Assembly: GCA_965208125.1 (NCBI GenBank)
Contig: OZ242320.1
Location: 2,688,001 to 2,752,000 of the forward strand
DNA from: Candidatus Latescibacterota bacterium
GTDB taxonomy: Bacteria; Latescibacterota; UBA2968
Length of the DNA: 64,000 bases
Direction of reading: 5' to 3'
The notes under the pieces are model-generated. The model ran no database searches. It was given only the letters and a program-made list of their open reading frames with translations, and was not told where the DNA came from. The stretch's first letter is position 1, and each line of letters starts with the position of its first letter. Shown here in pieces: positions 10,612-19,560 of this stretch. A program made the translations under genes and the position numbers.

Positions 10612-12207
10612 GTGAATAAAAAACAGGCCGATGTGCCCGATTTGCTTCAGATTGAAGGCGGGTTAAATTCAGGTACATCGCGGGAGGTGTCGCAACAAAC
10701 CGGTGTTCCCGAAGCACATGTCTATGGCGTGGGTAGTTTTTTTGATTTGTTGACGGATACGGACAAAAAAGTGCGGGTCTGCACGGGTTTGTCGTGTCGC
10801 ATGGCGGGTGCAGATCAGGTGCTGCAGGCGATGGAAGATGCGGGTCTGCCCGCGATGGGGTGTTCGTGTCTGGCAGCTTGTGATCGTCCGCCTGCGGTGT
10901 TGCGAGACCGCGATGTATTGCCCGCTGTATCGGTCGAAGATGTGGTGCGGGCAGATGGCGATTGGACAAGGCTTTTGCCTGAAATTGTGTCCAGTGACAA
11001 AAGCTGGTTGGGGCATGTGGGGCCAGAGGTGGATGATCCAGATACTATGGCGATTAATTTGTTGGGTCAGGCCGATTGGTCGGGCAAAGCGTTTGCTAAA
11101 GCCGCGAAGATGCGTCCCGAAGAAATTATCGAAGAAATAGAGACGTCAGGGCTGCAGGGTCGCGGTGGTGCGGGTTTTTCTGCTTCTTTTAAGTGGAATG
11201 CCGTGTGTTCAGAAAAAGAGACCACGCGTTATGTGGTCTTAAATGGCGATGAGAGCGAGCCAGGTACATTTAAGGATAGAGAGATTTTGATGCGTCGTCC
11301 CGATCTGGTTATTGAGGGATTGGCGATTGCGGCTTATACAATTGGGGCGAGAGATGTTTATTTGTACTTGCGGGGCGAGTTCGCTTTTCCAAAGGCTGTG
11401 ATGGCAAAAGCTATTGCGGAGTTTGAATCACATAATATATTTCCCGATATCCGTTTTCACATGCACTCGGGGCAGGGGGCGTATATTTGCGGCGAGGAGA
11501 CGGCACTTTTAGAGGCTTTGGAGGGCAAGCGCGGGATGCCGCGTTTGCGACCACCGTATCCCACAGAATACGGTCTGTGGGGAAAACCCACTCTTATTCA
11601 CAATGTGGAGACTGTTGCGTGCGTGCCTTCGATTATTTCTAACGGCGGTGATTGGTTTCGCGATTTGGGGCGCACAGAGGCGGGGTCAAAAGTGTATTGT
11701 ATTAGCGGGCATGTCAAACGCCCCGGTGTCTATGAGTTGCCATTGGGCATGACTTTGGATGAATTGGTTGAAGAGGCGGGCGGATATATTGGCACTCCGA
11801 AGGCGTTTAGCCCTGGGGGTGCGAGTTCGGGATTTTTGCCAGCTAAATACAGAGATCAGCCATTGGATTTTAAGACAATGGATGGATTGGGTTCGCTGCT
11901 CGGCTCGGCTGGTGTTGTCGTGTTGAACGATACGGTGGATATGAAATGGTCGGTCAGTCAACAGTTGAGATTTTTTCACGATGAAAGCTGCGGCCAATGC
12001 GCCCCCTGTCGCATTGGCACGCGGTATTTACACGAGGCACTGGAAAATCGCATTTGCAATCGGGAACAGGACCACAAACCTCATTTGCAACACGCAGAAG
12101 ATGTGGCGTGGCAAATGAGTGAGGGTTCGATATGTGGTCTTGGGCAAATTGCTGCTCTCCCCCTGACGAGTGCCCAAAAATTCTTCCCCGAGGAGTTTGA
12201 TGAATAA
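10612..12207 (+). CDS. Fused NuoE/NuoF-like (FdsG/FdsB-like) diaphorase subunit of an NAD-linked formate dehydrogenase
   Basis: VCTGLSC..CLAAC 2Fe-2S motif; GRGGAGF, DESEPGTFKDR, GAYICGEE FMN/NADH motifs; CGQCAPC..CGLG 4Fe-4S; GTG start at 10612 after GAGG. Confidence 0.88.
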   Translation: MNKKQADVPDLLQIEGGLNSGTSREVSQQTGVPEAHVYGVGSFFDLLTDTDKKVRVCTGLSCRMAGADQVLQAMEDAGLPAMGCSCLAACDRPPAVLRDRDVLPAVSVEDVVRADGDWTRLLPEIVSSDKSWLGHVGPEVDDPDTMAINLLGQADWSGKAFAKAAKMRPEEIIEEIETSGLQGRGGAGFSASFKWNAVCSEKETTRYVVLNGDESEPGTFKDREILMRRPDLVIEGLAIAAYTIGARDVYLYLRGEFAFPKAVMAKAIAEFESHNIFPDIRFHMHSGQGAYICGEETALLEALEGKRGMPRLRPPYPTEYGLWGKPTLIHNVETVACVPSIISNGGDWFRDLGRTEAGSKVYCISGHVKRPGVYELPLGMTLDELVEEAGGYIGTPKAFSPGGASSGFLPAKYRDQPLDFKTMDGLGSLLGSAGVVVLNDTVDMKWSVSQQLRFFHDESCGQCAPCRIGTRYLHEALENRICNREQDHKPHLQHAEDVAWQMSEGSICGLGQIAALPLTSAQKFFPEEFDE

Positions 12208-15016
12208 ATTGACATTGAACGGACAGACGGTGTGCTTTGCCGAAGGGGAAACCCTGCTGGATATTGCATCCCGTTATGGATTGGAGATTCCAACCCTGTG
12301 TCACGATCCGCGTTTAGAGCCCGCGGGTGCGTGTCGCTCTTGTCTTGTGGAAGTTGCAGGAGAACGATTGATGACGCCGGCCTGTGCGCGCATGGCACGA
12401 GACGGGATGGTGGTGACGACCGAGAATGAGCGCATTGATCGGCACCGCCAAACCCTGATGGCTCTGTACATGACTGATCATCCGCACGAGCGCGAAGTAT
12501 CGGAAGTCGGTTCGCCGGATTTATTGCTGGATATGGCTGCCGAGTTTGACGCACCGATGGATTGGGGCTGGATGGAGCCGATGCGGGGAGATCGAGAAGA
12601 TCACAATCCCTATGTGGATTTTAATCCCGAGACCTGTATTGCGTGTGCGCGGTGCGTGCGCTATTGCGAGGAAGTAGAAGGCGTTTCGGCTATTACTCTT
12701 GCAGGTAGAGGGTCGCATACGACGATTTCTACGGTGGAAGAAAAATCACTGCTGGATACGACGTGCGAGTTGTGCGGTGGATGTATTGATGTGTGTCCAA
12801 CTGGTGCCATGAATGAAAAATTGCCACTTATGCGCGGGCAAAAACCCGAGCGCGAACTGGTAAAGGTGCGGTCAACCTGCAACTTCTGTGGGGTGGGCTG
12901 TCAACTCGATCTCAATGTGGATTTAGAAGGACGAGATGGCAAGGGTCAAATCGTCAAGGTGACGAGTCCTCCGCCGGGCACGACGACTAATGACGGCAAT
13001 TTGTGTGTCAAGGGACGCTTTGCCTATGACTTTGTCCATCACAAGGACCGGTTGACGCAGCCGCTTGTGCGGGGTGAGGATGGCGTATTACATCCGACTA
13101 CCTGGGACGATGCGCTCCAAAAAGCGGCGGATGGGTTGTTGGGCGTTGCGGAGCGACACGGCGCAGATGCCCTGGGTTTTGTGAGTTCGTCGCGGTGTAC
13201 GATGGAGGAAAATTTTCTCGTTCAGAAGATGGCGCGCGCACTGTTTCGGGCAAATCACGTCCATCAGTGCGCGGCCACGTGACACGCGCCAACCGTGGCC
13301 GGTCTGGTCGAAACATTTGGTGCGGGTGCTATGACGAATTCAATTGGCGAGATACGCGATGTTGATTTTCTGTTTGTGATTGGCAGCAATACGAGCGAGG
13401 CGCATCCGATTATTGCTATGGAAATGAAGCGCGCGATTCGCAAAGGCGCGACCTTGGTTGTCGCCGATCCCCGGGCGATATGGATGACGTCTATTGCGGA
13501 AAAGCATTTGCAACTCAATCCCGGTACAGATGTGTGGTTGCTCAATGCCATGGCGCATGTCATTGTGGCAGAGGATTTGATCGACCGCGAATTTATCGAA
13601 AATCAGACTGAAAATTTTGAGCAGGTCAAAGAGACTGTCGCGTCTTATACACCCGAAAAGGCGGAAGAGATAACGGGTATTTCAGCAGATGATATTCGCT
13701 GGACTGCGCGGCAGTACGCTACGACGGAAAAAGCGGGTATATACTATACGCTGGGCATTACGGAACACGCACACGGGACGGATAATGTGTATGCGCTTGC
13801 AAATCTGGTTTTGATGACGGGGCATCTGGGCAAGCCATCAACCGGGATGAATCCCCTGCGCGGACAGAATAATGTGCAGGGTGCAAATGACGCGGGTGCC
13901 ACGCCGATGTTTTATCCGGGTTATCAGCGCGTGGATAATCCAGAGGTGCGGGAAAAGTACGAAAAGTCATGGGGTGTTCCACTGTCCCCTGTGCCGGGTT
14001 TGAATCTCAATGAGATGATGAAGACGGTGGGGGAACAGATGCGCGGCTTTTTTGTGATGGGTGAAGATATTGTGTTGTCCGAGCCAAATGTTCTCGAGTT
14101 GGAAAAGGGGTTGAATAATGTCGATTTTATCGTGATGCAAGATGCGTTTATGAATGAGACGGCGCGTTTTGCCGATGTGATTTTGCCCGCAGCCGTGTTT
14201 GCCGAGAAGGAGGGGACGTTCACCAATTCAGAGCGTCGCATTCAGAGGGTTCGCAAAGCGGTTGAACCCCCTGGGGAAGCGCTTCCAGATTGGGAAATTC
14301 TGGTTATGCTGGCGAATAAGATGGGCGCGAATTGGTCGTACAAAGATCCGGCAGAGGTGTATGCCGAGATGGTTAAAGACGTTCCTCAATTTGCCGGTAT
14401 CAGTCACGAGAAATTGGAAAAGATAGATCGCACAGCAGGAGAAGAGAGCATAGCGGGCTTGCAGTGGCCGTGTCCCGATGCGGATCATCCGGGTACAAAA
14501 TTTTTACACGAAGATGGGATTTTGCGGGGTAAGGGGTTGTTTATGCCCGTGCATTATATCCCGCCGGCAGAATTGCCAGATGAAGATTACGGTCTTTTTC
14601 TTTCTACGGGACGCACGCTGTATCACTACAATGCCGCAACGCAGACGCGCCGAGAGTCCGGGCTTGATGCAAAACAGTCCGAGGCTTTTGTGGAGTTGCA
14701 TCCGCGCGATGCGCGGAAACGGGGTGTTCATCACGGGGATATGGTGGAGGTGACGACGCGGCGCGGGCGTGTGCAGTTGCGGGCTATTTTGTCGCGGCAA
14801 GTGCGCCCGGGGTGTATCTGGATGCCGTTGCATTTTGCCGAGGCGCGCGCCAATGTGCTGACCAATGATGTGGGCGATGCAGTGACGGGGACAGCTGAGT
14901 ACAAGGTGTGTGCGGCGGAGGTGCGATTGGTCGAGTCGATGCCCGATAATGAAAAGTTCTTTCCGGGGAGCTATTACTACGAGAAGGGACCGGGGTTGCA
15001 GCGCGTGGGTGATTGA
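12200..15016 (+). CDS. fdhF: Selenocysteine-containing formate dehydrogenase alpha subunit (Sec codon TGA 13280-13282); one gene split into two ORFs by the ORF track
   Basis: ORFs 12170-13282 and 13295-15016 are in the same frame; readthrough gives HQCAAT-U-HAPTVAGL, aligning with the FdhF CARVUHGPSVAGL motif; PLRGQNNVQG, EKEGTFTNSERRIQ, and N-terminal Fe-S motifs. Confidence 0.93.
13283..13328 (+). promoter_or_regulatory. Bacterial SECIS element
   Basis: After UGA: CACGCGCCA..GGCCGGUCUGGUC..UGGUGCGGGUG; the apical GGUCUG matches the fdhF-type SECIS, and the lower stem GCGCCA/UGGUGC can pair. Confidence 0.75.
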
Positions 15017-15028
15017 GTCGGGGGATTT

Positions 15029-15062
15029 AAAAAAGCCGCGAGTATAATTCGCGGTTTTTTTT
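15029..15062. terminator. Bidirectional intrinsic terminator
   Basis: A-run, GCCGCGAG-loop-TTCGCGGT, T-run between convergent genes. Confidence 0.8.
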
Positions 15063-16521
15063 AATAGGCTAACGCCTCTCGACCGAATCGCTCGGCAGCC
15101 TCAAGGGTCTCGCGCACATCGTCCCAGTTCGTGGTGTGGTTGGCGATGCACAGCCGGAGTGAAAACTTTCCATGCAGAAGCGTTGAGGATATAAAGGCTT
15201 TGTCTTCCCAAAAGATGCGGGCGAGTATTGTCTTGTTGATCTCTGCGAGTTCTTCTTCGTCAACAGCGGTATCGGTGGATTTGACGCGGAAGCATACGAT
15301 CCCCAGTGACGCGGGGTTTAACATCTCCAGTATTTGGCTTTCGCAGACGTACTCTTCCGCACGGGCGGCCAATTCCATTCCCTTTGCTACAGCCCCCCGA
15401 AATGCGGCCATCCCAAAGGTCTGGATCGACATCCAGATCTTAAGAGCGCGTACCGAACGGCTCAGTTGCAGGCCGCGATCCGAGAAGTTCGGGTGGTTCG
15501 CGCCCCATATTGTGTCCTGGAGAATGTCGTGGTGAACGCCGAAGGCGTTTTCAAGTGTACTAAGGTCTTTGACCAGCAGACAGCCGGCCTCATAAGGCTG
15601 GAAGAACCATTTGTGCGCGTCCAGGCCGATGGAATCAGCCCGCTCGATCCCGCGCAAGAGTTCTTTGCCCTGTTCGGTTACGACAGCGAAGCCGCCGTAA
15701 GCAGCATCAACGTGTAGCCATATACCTTCTGCCTCGCAGTAGTCTGACATGGTTACGAGTGGATCAATAGTCCCGGTACTGCTCGTTCCTGCGTTGGCGC
15801 ATACCGCAATGGGGGTGAATCCCGCTGCGCGGTCATCGGCTACAGTCTGTGCGAGTGCTTCCATGTCCAGGCGGAAGAGGTCGTCGCTTGGGATCAGGCG
15901 TATGCATTCCGGGCGAATGCCGATGATCCTGGCTGCGCGGATGTGCGCGCTATGGCTCTGGTCGCTCATATAAACAGTGGCGCGTTCAGGGTGGCCCGCT
16001 GCTTCTCGCGCTGCGACGAGGGCATCGAGGCTGGCCGCCGAGCCGCCGCTCGTCAAAAGCCCACCCGCGCTTTCTGGATATCCGAGCCATTGCCGCAACC
16101 AATCAATGACGACCAGTTCGAGTTGACTCGGACCGCTTCCGACCAGCCAGGTGCATGCGTTGACGTTGTATCCGGCGGCCATGAAATCGGCCAGCACGCT
16201 GGGCCATGTGGGCGACGATGGGATAAACGCGAAGCAACGGGGGTGGTCCAGTCGCATCGCAATTGGTAGGATTCCGTGTGCGGCCTGTTCAATAACTTCC
16301 ACTGGGGGCCGTCCATCTTCGGGCGGATCTTTCAGGAGTTGTTTCTCCAGTCCCTGCCGGAACTCTCCGTCCCAGGCATTTTCCCCTGGCAAGGTCTCGG
16401 TTCGCGCTACCAAAAGCTCCGCGGCTTTGTGCGCGAGTTCAAGCATGAGTTCGGGGGCCATCTGGAGGCTGTTACCCGTCTCGTCTGAAAGTTCTTGTTT
16501 TGTGTCTGATCTTCTTTCCAT
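15061..16521 (-). CDS. PLP-dependent group II (aromatic-L-amino-acid-type) decarboxylase
   Basis: HPRCFAFIP, SGGSAA, SDQSHS, GTSSTGTIDP, WLHVDAAYGG, DAHKW (PLP lysine); start 16521 (or 16533 with an ATGA overlap). Confidence 0.9.
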   Translation of the reverse strand: MERRSDTKQELSDETGNSLQMAPELMLELAHKAAELLVARTETLPGENAWDGEFRQGLEKQLLKDPPEDGRPPVEVIEQAAHGILPIAMRLDHPRCFAFIPSSPTWPSVLADFMAAGYNVNACTWLVGSGPSQLELVVIDWLRQWLGYPESAGGLLTSGGSAASLDALVAAREAAGHPERATVYMSDQSHSAHIRAARIIGIRPECIRLIPSDDLFRLDMEALAQTVADDRAAGFTPIAVCANAGTSSTGTIDPLVTMSDYCEAEGIWLHVDAAYGGFAVVTEQGKELLRGIERADSIGLDAHKWFFQPYEAGCLLVKDLSTLENAFGVHHDILQDTIWGANHPNFSDRGLQLSRSVRALKIWMSIQTFGMAAFRGAVAKGMELAARAEEYVCESQILEMLNPASLGIVCFRVKSTDTAVDEEELAEINKTILARIFWEDKAFISSTLLHGKFSLRLCIANHTTNWDDVRETLEAAERFGREALAY

Positions 16522-16529
16522 ACCCCTTC

Positions 16530-17459
16530 TCATTTTTTCACCTGCGGATAAAAGCCCGAGAGGAAGGTTAATTCCATGCCGGTTTGTGAGTCAGTGATTG
16601 GGATGGCATAACTGATCTTGGGCGAGCCAATGGGATCGCCTACTAATTCGCCATCACCATTCTCATCTACCGCCGGATTATCGAAGTAATACTCGACAAA
16701 ACCGCCACCTGCTGCGGCTGCAGCGATGAGTTCCTGGACGTATTTGACGCCATTGGGATCTTCAAAGTTAATCAGGTTTTGTCCCTCGAGATCTGCATTG
16801 GCTGCGTGAAATAATATGACGCCCTCGCTGTTTAAAACTGCGAGGTAGATGGCTTCGTGTTTCCACCTGCCATCTTCTTGTCTGAATTCTTCTGCGATGT
16901 CTTCGGAAAAGGGGAAGCTTTTCGCGTATTCTTTTGCGGCTTCTACAAAGGCTTTCAGGGTTTTCTTATCTACTACATCTCTGGCTGTGATCTGCTTTGT
17001 TGGCTCTTCCAGGGAGTATGAACCTTTCACCTGTACTTTTCCGCCAATGGGTAAATAGAGTATGACCTTATAGCCTGCGTTAATTGGTATGCTGGACCAG
17101 GAGCCGATCTCGACTCCGTCCTGCGAAGCACGCGCCTGGTAATAACCATTGCCCGATGAGATTTCCACCAGTGTTTGACCTTTTTCATCTGTTGTGCCAG
17201 ACCACTCATAGGCTGGCGTCTGTCCGGCAATGGAGCGCGAAAATTCTACGGTTGCACCGCTTACTGATGCGCCATCACGATGCAAAGTGACCATGACAAC
17301 AGCCTGTGCTTTGTGATGGGCTACTGCTAATTTGCTCAGGGGATGTCCAATCTGTTCCTCTGTGCCGACTTCTGGCTGCGTCACGCGCTCTCCGCCGCAG
17401 TTCCACATCAGTCCTGCAGCGAGAGCTATGATAGCTATACTGCGAATGTGGTTCATCAC
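16530..17459 (-). CDS. Putative lipoprotein: shared ~85-aa beta-rich domain plus one Cache_2-type domain
   Basis: Signal ending LMWNCGG; VEFSRSIAG..GTTD..GYYQAR..WSSIPIN..LPIGG domain; YLAVLNSEGVILFH..GQNL...DPNGVKYVQELI..GGGFVEYYF..PKISY (Cache). Confidence 0.75.
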   Translation of the reverse strand: MMNHIRSIAIIALAAGLMWNCGGERVTQPEVGTEEQIGHPLSKLAVAHHKAQAVVMVTLHRDGASVSGATVEFSRSIAGQTPAYEWSGTTDEKGQTLVEISSGNGYYQARASQDGVEIGSWSSIPINAGYKVILYLPIGGKVQVKGSYSLEEPTKQITARDVVDKKTLKAFVEAAKEYAKSFPFSEDIAEEFRQEDGRWKHEAIYLAVLNSEGVILFHAANADLEGQNLINFEDPNGVKYVQELIAAAAAGGGFVEYYFDNPAVDENGDGELVGDPIGSPKISYAIPITDSQTGMELTFLSGFYPQVKK

Positions 17460-17518
17460 CGGTCCTCCGTTTGTTGAATTTATTTTTTTGTGGTTCAAGG
17501 GTTATCAGTTACCTGTCT

Positions 17519-17548
17519 TCAAAGGGTCAATGTGGTTATATGCTTCAA
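17519..17548 (-). pseudogene. Dead N-terminal remnant (MKHITTLTL*) paralogous to the start of 19561-21159
   Basis: GGAGG RBS, TTG start and upstream UTR match 21160-21214; CTT TGA AGA here aligns with CTT TGG GGA in the intact gene. Confidence 0.45.
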
Positions 17549-17613
17549 GGTGATTACCTCCTTTTTTAAGTTTGATACTGTGAACTATGCCTTTCTATGA
17601 CTAAAGCAGGCAC

Positions 17614-17642
17614 ATTTTAGGGTTAAGAGATCAATTTGTCAA
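17614..17642 (-). promoter_or_regulatory. Sigma70-type promoter
   Basis: TTGACA-N17-TAAAAT on the minus strand. Confidence 0.6.
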
Positions 17643-17700
17643 ACTATATTAGAAGCAAAGCCCCAGGGATCTATGCTCCAAAAGGCGGTCAAATAAAAAC

Positions 17701-17738
17701 AAACCGCTCTCTTTTTTCGCCGTGCAAGAGAGCGGTTT
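17701..17738 (-). terminator. Intrinsic terminator after the SBP lipoprotein gene (paralog at about 21347-21382)
   Basis: AACCGCTCTCTT / AAGAGAGCGGTT inverted repeat, present at both paralogous sites. Confidence 0.75.
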
Positions 17739-17777
17739 GAGTGTAGTAAAAATGGATTGTTGATCGATTTCAGGACC

Positions 17778-19385
17778 TCACGGCGTGAACCGATAGACCA
17801 CGGGCAATTGCGCGGGGTCTGTGATGTTCAAATCTGTGTGGTGGTAGATGTTTATGCGCCCGGTGCCGCAGTCTCCAAATTCGTCGCAGGTGAGCGTGCC
17901 CAGGAGGCCCTGAAAGCCGGATGTCGCGTGGAGTTCTCTGCGCAGTGCGGCGCGATCTACATACAATTTCCCGCCAGCTTCGCCTGCAACAATCTCGATG
18001 GCGTTGAGCAGTAGCGTTGTGGCGTCGTAAGCGTGCGCCCAGTAAGGCGTGTTCGGAGACCCGCCGTACGTGGCTGCAAATGCGGCGAGGACTTCATCTA
18101 CGCTCTTGCCGGTGGCAGCATTGACGTTTGAGCCAATCACTGGCTCCGGGCCGGCAAAGTAGATGCCCTCCGATTGCGGCAGGGCGAGGAATTCTGTCAG
18201 GAGGAGGGCCGAACTCGTGATGAGTGTCGCGTCTTTCAGGCTGTCGTGTTCCCGCACCTGCTCGGCGAAGGGCGCGCCTTCCAGATCGAAGAGTGGAAAA
18301 TAGATGCCGTCCGGCTCGGCTGCTGCAAATTCCGTGAGGACAGATGCCATGTCCGTCTGCCCTTTCTCGATCCTGGCGGTGGCCGCAACTTCACCGCCCA
18401 GGGCGCTAAACGCATTGCCAAACGCGACGGTGAGGCCCATGGTGTACGGGTCGCCATCGTCTATGGCCACCAGGCGCCGCAGGCCCAATTCACTATATGC
18501 GAAATCGGCTACTGCGTTTGCCTCATAGAGGTCGTTGTTAGAGGTGCGGAAATAGCCGGAGTGGTAATTGGGACTCGCGTTACCGGCGAGGTCAGAGGTG
18601 AGCGCAGGCGAGGTGTTGGACGGCGAGATCATTACCAGCCCTGCCTCGCTGATCACCGGTGAGGCCGCCACTGCCGCACCCGAGCAGTTCGTGCCGATGA
18701 CGCCGACTACCTGCGGGTCGGCGATGATCTGCTCTGCGCCCATGCGTCCGCCTTCCGGTCCGCATCCGGTGTCCAGTGATTCGCCAAGTTCAACCGCGTG
18801 ACCGTGGATCAGGCCGAAGTCTCGCACGGCCAATTCAATAGCGTACCGCGACCACTCAGCAAGCCCCGGCACGACGGTGTGCGAGAGCAACGAACGGATT
18901 TGAACGGCTTCGCCCTCGTCAATCGTGACTAAAGAGCGCATGGATGAACCAGTCACCTGTGCTTGTCCACCGATGGGCAAATCGAGCATGACCTCGTAGC
19001 CCGCGTTGATTGGAATGCTCGACCAGGAACCGATTTCGATCCCGTCCTGTGAGACTCGCGCTTGATAATAACCATTGCTCGATGTGATTTCCACCCAGGC
19101 CTGACCATTGTCGTCGGTTGTGCCCGACCACTGATAGTCCGGGGCCTGTCCTGCAATGGAGCGCGAAAATTCTACAGTTGCACCGCTTACTGGTGCGCCA
19201 TCCTGGTGTACAGTGACCCCTATCGTAGCCTGTACGGCATCTTCGTGCGCCACCAATTTGCTCAGGGGACGGCCAACCTGCTCTTCTGTTCCGGTTTCTG
19301 ACTGTGTAACGCGCTCGCCGCCGCAGTTCCACATCAGTCCTGCAGCGAGAGCTATGATAGCTATACTGCGAATGTGTCTCATCAC
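17778..19385 (-). CDS. Putative lipoprotein: shared ~85-aa domain plus LivJ-type (branched-chain amino acid) substrate-binding domain
   Basis: Same leader and shared domain as 16530-17459; DTGC..VIGTNCSGA, MISPSNTSP, YFR, AYDA, FQGLLG. Confidence 0.82.
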   Translation of the reverse strand: MMRHIRSIAIIALAAGLMWNCGGERVTQSETGTEEQVGRPLSKLVAHEDAVQATIGVTVHQDGAPVSGATVEFSRSIAGQAPDYQWSGTTDDNGQAWVEITSSNGYYQARVSQDGIEIGSWSSIPINAGYEVMLDLPIGGQAQVTGSSMRSLVTIDEGEAVQIRSLLSHTVVPGLAEWSRYAIELAVRDFGLIHGHAVELGESLDTGCGPEGGRMGAEQIIADPQVVGVIGTNCSGAAVAASPVISEAGLVMISPSNTSPALTSDLAGNASPNYHSGYFRTSNNDLYEANAVADFAYSELGLRRLVAIDDGDPYTMGLTVAFGNAFSALGGEVAATARIEKGQTDMASVLTEFAAAEPDGIYFPLFDLEGAPFAEQVREHDSLKDATLITSSALLLTEFLALPQSEGIYFAGPEPVIGSNVNAATGKSVDEVLAAFAATYGGSPNTPYWAHAYDATTLLLNAIEIVAGEAGGKLYVDRAALRRELHATSGFQGLLGTLTCDEFGDCGTGRINIYHHTDLNITDPAQLPVVYRFTP

Positions 19386-19446
19386 CGGTCCTCCCTTTGT
19401 TGAGTTTTTTCAGGTTTTGCGAAAGTCTGCTATATGGTGTAAATGC

Positions 19447-19475
19447 AGTTTATGCTTAGAAACTCTATTTGTCAA
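19447..19475 (-). promoter_or_regulatory. Sigma70-type promoter
   Basis: TTGACA-N17-TAAACT on the minus strand upstream of 19385. Confidence 0.6.
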
Positions 19476-19503
19476 ATATGTTTGTGAAGTCCTTGAGTAA
19501 AAT

Positions 19504-19535
19504 AAAAAAGCCGCGAATTATGCTCACGGCTTTTT
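19504..19535 (-). terminator. Intrinsic terminator
   Basis: AAAAAAGCCGCGAAT-loop-CTCACGGCTTTTT; similar to the one at 15029-15062. Confidence 0.7.
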
Positions 19536-19560
19536 AGCCTCCGTTTGTTGAATCTCATAT

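Noticed and set aside
13280-13282. Apparent premature stop splitting fdh into two genes or a pseudogene
   Set aside because: In-frame TGA at the Sec position with a SECIS-like hairpin; interpreted as recoding.
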